Source: Myxococcales bacterium
GTDB taxonomy: Bacteria > Myxococcota > Myxococcia > Myxococcales > JAKAPL01
Reading direction: 5' to 3'
DNA length: 64,000 nt
Assembly: GCA_021783235.1 (NCBI GenBank)
Contig: JAJXUD010000012.1
Coordinates: 16,503 to 80,502 of the forward strand
Of this stretch, positions 8,349 through 14,690 are shown one piece after another. The position numbers and the translations under genes are program-made. The notes under the pieces were generated by a model. That model ran no database searches. It had not been told where the DNA came from and was given only the letters and a program-made list of their open reading frames with translations. Position 1 is the first letter of the stretch, and every line of letters begins with the position of its first letter.

Positions 8349-9362
8349 TCAGGGATTCATCCGCATGCCACCCATGGGCATGCCGGGCATGTCGATCATC
8401 ATTCCAGCCTGCTCCTGCCGATCTGCAGAGCCTGTCATCATGGGACAGCCCATCGCAGGACCAGGCTGTGGCCGGGAGAGCAGGCGCCGCACGTAGGCGG
8501 CGAGCGCCCAGGTCTCATCCGGGCTCAGCGCCGTACCCCAGGCCGGCATGGGCGAGCCGTCCATGCCGGTGCGCAGGGTGAGGAAGATGTCTGCCATCCC
8601 GCTGCCACGCTCGAAGCGCCCCTGGGTCAAATCGGTCGGGTGCGCCGGCCGGCCAGCCTGGTCCTGCAACGTGGCGGCGGACGGTCCGTCTCCGCGTCCG
8701 GAGATCCCATGGCAAGAGGCGCAACTCATGCGCTGGTAGAGGACTCGCCCCCTCTCGACGAGCGCCGGCGTCTCGGGCGGCGCGCTGGGGACCACGACCG
8801 CCGGTCCCGGAGGCTCCTCGGCGAAGCGCTTCGAGAAGCTCTCGAGCCACGCGACCAGCGCCCATCGCTCGTGCTCAGGGAGCGCGATCCACGGGACCAT
8901 CGCCGTCCCATGAATGCCGCGCGAGATGGTCTCGAAGAGATCCTGATCGGTGGGCAACGATCCGGTGGGCGTGGAGCGCAGCTCGTAGACGCCGGTGGTG
9001 AAGTCGCGCGGTCGCGGTGAGAGACGACCAGCTTGCAGGCCCTTCCCGTCGCCCTTCTCACCGTGACAGGCGGCGCAGTGGGCGGAGTAGCTCCTCTGTC
9101 CGACGGCGAGCAGTGCGGGCTCGATCGGCGGTTCCGGGCTGCTGGGCGTGCCATCCAGGTCGGCGCCATTCATCCACGACATGAGCGCCCACATCGAACC
9201 CATCATCGAATCCATCGGGCCGGGGGGCGACTCCACCATGCCCCCCATCATGCCCGGCCCCGTCATTGCCATGGCCGACATGGGCGGCGAAAGCGCGGCC
9301 GACGCGCCGGCGGCCGTGGCGATGAGGCACCACCGGACCAGTGCCCGGTCAGGGGTCGCCAT
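8349..9362 (-). CDS. Diheme c-type cytochrome with Met-rich N- and C-terminal segments
   Basis: Two CXXCH motifs (CAACHGEKG, CASCHGISG). Met-rich stretches include MSAMAMTGPGMMGGM...MDSMMGSMWALMSWM and a C-terminal MMIDMPGMPMGGMRM. An alternative start lies at 9404. Confidence 0.8.
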   Translation of the reverse strand: MATPDRALVRWCLIATAAGASAALSPPMSAMAMTGPGMMGGMVESPPGPMDSMMGSMWALMSWMNGADLDGTPSSPEPPIEPALLAVGQRSYSAHCAACHGEKGDGKGLQAGRLSPRPRDFTTGVYELRSTPTGSLPTDQDLFETISRGIHGTAMVPWIALPEHERWALVAWLESFSKRFAEEPPGPAVVVPSAPPETPALVERGRVLYQRMSCASCHGISGRGDGPSAATLQDQAGRPAHPTDLTQGRFERGSGMADIFLTLRTGMDGSPMPAWGTALSPDETWALAAYVRRLLSRPQPGPAMGCPMMTGSADRQEQAGMMIDMPGMPMGGMRMNP

Positions 9363-9476
9363 CCCTACATGCCCCCGTCGCTTGCCGTCCCGAGCGTGAG
9401 CCATGCGACCAAAAGCGCTCCGAGCATCCCCGAACCCATGACGTAGCTCCTGGACACGTCGCCGGCCGCAGGTCTG

Positions 9477-9878
9477 CTAGGACGCGACCACCGCTCCGCG
9501 GAGCATTCCCATGCCGCAGGAGAAGGCGATCTCGCCCTGGGGCGTGAGCGTGATGTCCACGGGCTGGTTGAGGGGAAGCGCCTTCTTGATGCCCTCGTGC
9601 TCAAAGACGACCTCGGTGGCGCAAGTCTGGTCGGTCGTACGCACAAAGCGCAACGTGAGCGGTCGGCCGGCCTGGGCCTGGATGCGGCTGGGCGTGAAGC
9701 CGCCTGCGCCGACGCTGACGGTGACGATGACCGGAGCCGCGACCGCCCTCGCGCTGCCCGTCGCGGCAGGAACCATCCGCTGCGGGGACGCCGCGATGCC
9801 GGTTCGTGGCCTCTCATGGCAACCGGCGACGAGGAGCAGGGCGATGCCGACGAGGACGCCCAAGCGGAGTCTCTTCAT
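9477..9878 (-). CDS. Cupredoxin-like domain lipoprotein
   Basis: Lipobox LLVAGC. C-terminal FSCGMGMLRG plus an upstream C..E..H segment, typical of small cupredoxin_1-type metal-binding domains. Confidence 0.65.
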   Translation of the reverse strand: MKRLRLGVLVGIALLLVAGCHERPRTGIAASPQRMVPAATGSARAVAAPVIVTVSVGAGGFTPSRIQAQAGRPLTLRFVRTTDQTCATEVVFEHEGIKKALPLNQPVDITLTPQGEIAFSCGMGMLRGAVVAS

Positions 9879-9911
9879 GGGAATGGAGGTTGGCATCGAT
9901 GGAGGCTCCCG

Positions 9912-10262
9912 TCAGAAGACCAGCGCCTGCTGCGCCTCGGCGGTCCAACTGGTCCACTCGTCGAGCGTGCTCTTGTGCGTGCCCTCGATCAGCTCGGCTT
10001 CCGTGATCCCCCGCGCGTCCATGCAGGTGCCGCAGACGCCGACCACGCCGCCGTGGCGCACGACCCCCGAGAGCATCGTCTGGACGTTGTAGTAGCCCTG
10101 CGGAACTTTCTGTCCGGACTTGGCGCAAGCCGCGCCGTCGCCCACCAGGAAGACCCGAACTTCGACTCCCTCTCGCTTGGCGAGCGACCCCGCCAGGCGC
10201 AGCGCGTTGTACGCGCGCTCGCTGCCATAGGGGGCGTCGTTGATGGTGATGAGGATGTTCAT
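9912..10262 (-). CDS. DsrE/DsrF-like sulfur-relay family protein
   Basis: 116-aa product starting MNILITINDAPYGSERAYNALRLA, with VFLVGDGAACA and GVCGTCMDARG motifs. ATGA overlap with the upstream regulator gene. Confidence 0.75.
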   Translation of the reverse strand: MNILITINDAPYGSERAYNALRLAGSLAKREGVEVRVFLVGDGAACAKSGQKVPQGYYNVQTMLSGVVRHGGVVGVCGTCMDARGITEAELIEGTHKSTLDEWTSWTAEAQQALVF

Positions 10263-10927
10263 GGGGACGGCTCCTTCTCGATGGGAAGACCTGCGGCTCG
10301 CCACTCTGGCAGACCATCTTCGAGACGGCGTGCCGATCGACCACGAGCGCGCAGAATCTCGACGGCGCGAAGCGCCATGATGCAATAAGGACCGCGACAG
10401 TACGCCACGACGTTCTTTCGAGACGGCAGCTCCCCGAGGCGGCGGGCGAGTTCGGGGAGCGGGATGCTCAGCGCGCCGGGGATGTGCCCTGCTCGGTATT
10501 CGTCGGCGGGGCGCACGTCGAGGACGAGAACCGTCCCGGCTCGCGCTCGTTCCAGCAACTCCCTTCGGGGGACGGGTTCGAGCCCGTCGCGATCCGAGAA
10601 ATACCTCGCCACGATGTCGCCGACCTCGGAGAGGTGGCGCTCGCCGAGGCTGCGGAGGAGGCGGGGAAGAGCCTCGACCTCGCCGCCGGACAGGCGGTAG
10701 TGAACGAACAGCCCCTCCTTGCGCGCCTCGACGAGACGCACCTCCCGCAGGACTTGGAGGTGGTGGGAGGTGTTCGCAACCGAGAGGTCCGCTTCCTTGG
10801 CCAGCGCCTCCACGGAGCGCTCTCCTTGCGCGAGGATTTCGAGCAGCTCCAGGCGGCTCGGGCTCGAAACCGCCTTCGCGATTCTGGAGAACTGCTGGTA
10901 GAGGCGGCGCTTGGGCTTCATGATCAT
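10259..10927 (-). CDS. ArsR-family wHTH transcriptional regulator fused to a C-terminal rhodanese domain
   Basis: ArsR HTH segment (LELLEILAQGERSVEALAKEADLSVANTSHHLQVLREVRLV) followed by a rhodanese domain (LDVRPADEYRAGHIPGALSIP...VAYCRGPYC). The start is ambiguous among 10921, 10927 and 10969. Confidence 0.8.
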   Translation of the reverse strand: MIMKPKRRLYQQFSRIAKAVSSPSRLELLEILAQGERSVEALAKEADLSVANTSHHLQVLREVRLVEARKEGLFVHYRLSGGEVEALPRLLRSLGERHLSEVGDIVARYFSDRDGLEPVPRRELLERARAGTVLVLDVRPADEYRAGHIPGALSIPLPELARRLGELPSRKNVVAYCRGPYCIMALRAVEILRARGRSARRLEDGLPEWRAAGLPIEKEPSP

Positions 10928-10990
10928 TCCAACGCCGGCTTGAATAGTTCTCGGACGCCGGCAAGTCAAGTGCGACCGGCTCGGCGACCG

Positions 10991-12010
10991 TCAGCGCCCA
11001 GCGATCTGCCCGGTGGAGCTCCAGAAGTAGTAGATGGAGAAGTTGGGGTAGACCGCCACCACGTCGTTCATCCCAGCCGCGGTCAGCAAGACGCCGGCCT
11101 CACCCACGAACCGGGCGCCGAGGCGGAACTCGAAGGTGGGCTGCACCCCGAGCAGCCCGAAGCTGGGACGGCCGGCATCGACCGGATTCCCGTCTAGGCG
11201 GAAAGGGAGCCCGTGAAGGCCGATGCCCTCGATCGCGTAGGCGAGCCCTCTCCTCTCGTCGAAGACGTGCTCGAACGCGAGGCGATACTGGAAGATGTCG
11301 CCGTAGTAGTCGCCGCCCCCGCTGGAGCCGCCCGGCAGGGCATAGGAGTAGTAGAGCCCTCCGGACAGGCGAAAAGGGCGGAAGGCTTTTCGGAAGAGGA
11401 GCAGCTCGGTGATCTCCGGCTCGCCGAAGTGGGTGGCGGGGAGGCGTCCCAAGGGCGCGAAACCTCCGGGAATGGCCGGGGTCCCGATCGAGCCGAGCCA
11501 CTGGCTGGTGGGCAAGGAGACGAACACCATCTCCGTGAGCCAGAGCGGGAGCCCGCCCTGCTGGGGCGCGTGCAGCCGAAACTTGCAGTAGGGGTTCGCG
11601 TCGCCGACGCCGTTGCCAAAGGTCGCGCCCTCGTTGCCGCCGGCGGTCTGCCACCAGGAGGCTTCGGAGGCGAAGACGCCGCACTCCATCCAGGGGAGAA
11701 TGCCGGCGGCGAACTCGACGTTCGGGTTGATGGCGGCCAGGCGCTGCGCCAGCGGAAGGGCGCCCAGCGACCACGCGTCGCCGTACTGGGCGTAGGCGAC
11801 CTCGCTGAACGTGTAGAGCCTGAGGAACATCTGCCCGGGGGGCTGCAAGCCGACGCCGCTGAGGAGCTCCGGTCCCGCGATCACCGGATTCCACACCTCG
11901 GTGCTCGTGCTCGCTGCGGCGCTGGCCGAGAGCAGAAGCGCGTCGAACACGACCAGACGAAGAAGGCGGGCGCGTCCCGCTCGTCCCTGCCCCACTCCCG
12001 ATCGAATCAC
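10991..12010 (-). CDS. Putative outer-membrane beta-barrel protein
   Basis: Signal-like N-terminus, Gly/aromatic-rich alternating segments and an aromatic-rich C-terminal region. GTGA overlap with the upstream regulator stop. Confidence 0.55.
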   Translation of the reverse strand: MIRSGVGQGRAGRARLLRLVVFDALLLSASAAASTSTEVWNPVIAGPELLSGVGLQPPGQMFLRLYTFSEVAYAQYGDAWSLGALPLAQRLAAINPNVEFAAGILPWMECGVFASEASWWQTAGGNEGATFGNGVGDANPYCKFRLHAPQQGGLPLWLTEMVFVSLPTSQWLGSIGTPAIPGGFAPLGRLPATHFGEPEITELLLFRKAFRPFRLSGGLYYSYALPGGSSGGGDYYGDIFQYRLAFEHVFDERRGLAYAIEGIGLHGLPFRLDGNPVDAGRPSFGLLGVQPTFEFRLGARFVGEAGVLLTAAGMNDVVAVYPNFSIYYFWSSTGQIAGR

Positions 12011-12681
12011 CTACCGGCAACCTCGATGGGGAGCCCGCGCTCGCGCCATTCCGCGACGCCCAGGTCGAACCGAGTGGCTCGGTAGCCTCGCGCCCGCAGA
12101 GATCTGACGGCGTCCGCTGCCCAGACGCAATAAGGTCCCCGGCAGTAGGCGACGATCTCCCGAGACTTGGGAATCGCCGCAAGCTTGCGGCGCAGCTCGG
12201 GCAGCGGAATGGAGAGAGCACCCGGCAGGTGTCCCGCCTCGAACTCTTCTTTCGGGCGGACGTCGAGCAGCGTCACATCCTTCTTGCGGATCCTCGCGAC
12301 GAGCAGCTCGCGATCGACGGGCTCGAAGCCGTATTGCTCCACGAAGAAGCCCCTGACCGCCACATCCACCTCGACGAGCCGGGCCTCTGCCACCGCCCGC
12401 AACGAGAGCGCGAACGACCTCACCTCGTCGCTGGCGAGCCGGTAGGCGACATGGAGCCCCTTCTTCTCCGACTCGACGAGCCGAGCCGCGTGGAGGACGC
12501 GGAGGTGCTGCGAGGTGTTGGCGAGGCTCTGCTCCACCTCGACCGCGATGGCTTCTACCGTCCTCGGGCCCTGGGCGAGCAAGTCCAGGATTTCCAGCCG
12601 GCAGGGGCTGCTCGCCGCCTTGCCCGCCCGAGCGATCTGCCGGTAGACGGCGTTCTTGAGAGGTCGGGATTCTCGGCTCAT
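12007..12681 (-). CDS. ArsR-family regulator fused to a rhodanese domain (paralog of 10259-10927)
   Basis: Same two-domain architecture: LEILDLLAQGPRTVEAIAVEVEQSLANTSQHLRVL, then LDVRPKEEFEAGHLPGALSIP...VAYCRGPYC. Confidence 0.8.
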   Translation of the reverse strand: MSRESRPLKNAVYRQIARAGKAASSPCRLEILDLLAQGPRTVEAIAVEVEQSLANTSQHLRVLHAARLVESEKKGLHVAYRLASDEVRSFALSLRAVAEARLVEVDVAVRGFFVEQYGFEPVDRELLVARIRKKDVTLLDVRPKEEFEAGHLPGALSIPLPELRRKLAAIPKSREIVAYCRGPYCVWAADAVRSLRARGYRATRFDLGVAEWRERGLPIEVAGR

Positions 12682-12769
12682 GGCGCCACTCCTCTACTAC
12701 TCAATTGAGTGCTTGACTTATCTTAACGGCCTGGGCATTTTTCGCAAGTGGTTGGCGGAGGATCCTCCA

Positions 12770-13240
12770 ATGGATTGGAAAGCGCTGCGTTGGCTCTGGG
12801 TGCTACTTCAGATCGTGGGGGCCGCCGGATGCGCAACGGCCTCGCTTACGCGAACCTATGAGCAGGAAGCCGCCGCCGCGACGACCTACCCTCTTCCAGC
12901 GAAGAGCATCCTTCCGAGACTCGAAGAGCTGCTTTCCTCCCAAGGCTACTCCTGGACGGGCTCTCCTGCGACTCCGTGCTGGAAGACGGTCTGGCGCTGC
13001 CGGGGCAGCATCTGCGACCGGCTGATCGTCACCCTTGTCGTTTCGCCTTCGGGGACAAAGGTCGAACTCGATCGGCTCACGCAAGAGGGAGGATCGGACG
13101 ATGCCTTCGTTCATCAATCGGCCGCCGGCGACATCGAATGGGCGCTGTACGAGAAGCTGGATCCAGAAGGTGCGAGGCGCGCCGCGGCGCAGGCAAGAGA
13201 GCGCGCGGAGCGAGAGTCGCCCTGTGGGACGACTCCGTAG
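12770..13240 (+). CDS. Hypothetical lipoprotein
   Basis: Signal and lipobox MDWKALRWLWVLLQIVGAAGC. GGAGG lies about 10 nt upstream of the ATG. Confidence 0.55.
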   Translation: MDWKALRWLWVLLQIVGAAGCATASLTRTYEQEAAAATTYPLPAKSILPRLEELLSSQGYSWTGSPATPCWKTVWRCRGSICDRLIVTLVVSPSGTKVELDRLTQEGGSDDAFVHQSAAGDIEWALYEKLDPEGARRAAAQARERAERESPCGTTP

Positions 13241-13296
13241 AAAGCGGCCTCGGCAAGCAACGGCCCGAGTTCCGGCATGACTCCCAGGCGCGGTCC

Positions 13297-13569
13297 CTAA
13301 GGTTCAAGAGGAGATCGAAGGAGAGCTGGTGGCTGCCCCTGCCACCGACGGCTTTGATTCCGGCCTCGACCTCCATCCAGCATGCACGGGACGAGTTCGA
13401 CCCCGATGGACGCCGCCCCGCCAGCCGAAGAGGCTCCCATCGAGGGAACCCAGTCGACTGAAGGCCCGACTGCCCCGAACGGCAACGAGGCCTCCTTCTC
13501 CGACTCGCTCTCCGCGCGGTCAGAGAAAAGCGGGCGGCCGATGTCAGGAAGCTCGGCGCCCTGGCCCAT
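13297..13569 (-). CDS. Candidate small protein sharing its N-terminal 16 residues with the ORF at 6015-6497
   Basis: Begins MGQGAELPDIGRPLFS. Two nucleotide differences from copy 1 within these codons are synonymous (CTC/CTT, TCC/TCT). The remainder is unrelated apart from a degenerate AESESE remnant. Confidence 0.35.
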   Translation of the reverse strand: MGQGAELPDIGRPLFSDRAESESEKEASLPFGAVGPSVDWVPSMGASSAGGAASIGVELVPCMLDGGRGRNQSRRWQGQPPALLRSPLEP

Positions 13570-13707
13570 ATGCGGGAGTAGAGAGCAAGAGAAGCGAGCG
13601 GGCGCTCTCGTGGGCTCCGGGTGGTCGATGGTCGGCCGGCCGGGGATCCACGGGTCCCGTGGCCTCGGTGGGGAAGCGCAAGCGACCGATCCGGACCGCG
13701 GGGTGCC
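13523..13707. repeat. Conserved ~185-bp block, copy 2 (pairs with 6451-6634)
   Basis: See copy 1. Similarity extends about 25 nt further left (13499-13522) into one degenerate 21-bp unit (cgactcgctctccgcgcg). Confidence 0.9.
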
Positions 13708-13769
13708 TCGAAGCGACTGCTCCGCCCGGCGGCATTGGTGCCGACGGTGGGAGCGTCCGAGCGCTTGGG

Positions 13770-14468
13770 ATGGCCGATCCCCAATCGACCAGAAAGGTAA
13801 ACGTGATGGTCAACAACAACAGCAGCATCCCCGGCGGCAGCATCGCCGGGGCCGCCGGCAGCGGCAGCAACGCGGCCGGCAGCGGAAGCCAGAGCACGCC
13901 GCCGTCGGGAGCGATCCCGGCGACCGTCATGCCGAAGTACGGCTTCCGCGACGAGGTCACGACGCTGGTGGACGCCATCGAGAAGAAGATTCCCGGTGGC
14001 CCCACCTTCGTGGTGGCCGGCCAGTCGATCACCAAGCAGGGCATCGAGGATCTCCTGAACGGGATCCTCGCGCTCTTCGAGGACGTCGACTCCGGCGCCC
14101 AGGCGCTGAAGCAGAAGCGTCTGGCCCTCGAGGCTGCGCTGCCCGGGGCTCACCAGTTCGTGGTGAACCTCAAGGCGGTTCTCGTCGGGCTCTTCGGCAA
14201 GGGCAACCCTGTCCTCGAGTCCTTCGGGATCGCGCCGAAGCCTCGCAAGCTCACGACCGAGCAGAAGCTCGCTCGGAAGGAGAAGGCGAAGCTGACGCGC
14301 GAGCAGCGCGGGACCGGTGGCAAGCGCCAGTTGGCGCTGAAGAAGTTCACCGGTCAGATCGTGGTCCAGACGGCGGTCGCGCCGTCCGGTACCCCGATCG
14401 AGGGGCTCGCGCCCCCCGCCGCCGGTGGCGACACCGGCGCTTCGTCCAGCACGCCCTCGCAGAAGTAG
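13770..14468 (+). CDS. Hypothetical protein with a Gly/Ser/Asn-rich N-terminus and a Lys/Arg-rich C-terminal half
   Basis: Clean ORF followed by a strong intrinsic terminator. An alternative start at 13803/13806 is preceded by AGAAAGG. No family was recognised. Confidence 0.6.
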   Translation: MADPQSTRKVNVMVNNNSSIPGGSIAGAAGSGSNAAGSGSQSTPPSGAIPATVMPKYGFRDEVTTLVDAIEKKIPGGPTFVVAGQSITKQGIEDLLNGILALFEDVDSGAQALKQKRLALEAALPGAHQFVVNLKAVLVGLFGKGNPVLESFGIAPKPRKLTTEQKLARKEKAKLTREQRGTGGKRQLALKKFTGQIVVQTAVAPSGTPIEGLAPPAAGGDTGASSSTPSQK

Positions 14469-14567
14469 GCGGAGGCGTGAAAGCCGGCACCCCGGGGCCG
14501 TCTCCTCCCGGGGCCGTGCGAGAGCGGCCTCTCTCGCGAACGGCGACCGCGGCCGAGGACGGCGGGA

Positions 14568-14604
14568 GCCCCGGGGATCGACGAGATCCCCGGGGCTTCT
14601 TTTC
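14568..14604 (+). terminator. Rho-independent terminator
   Basis: 12-bp perfect stem GCCCCGGGGATC-gacga-GATCCCCGGGGC followed by TTCTTTTC. Confidence 0.8.
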
Positions 14605-14690
14605 GCGCCGGAGGGCCTCCGATGCTTCCTTCATGCACTGTTTGAGATAGTCTGTGAGCGCTCGTCACGCAGCTCGACCGGGAGGACCCC

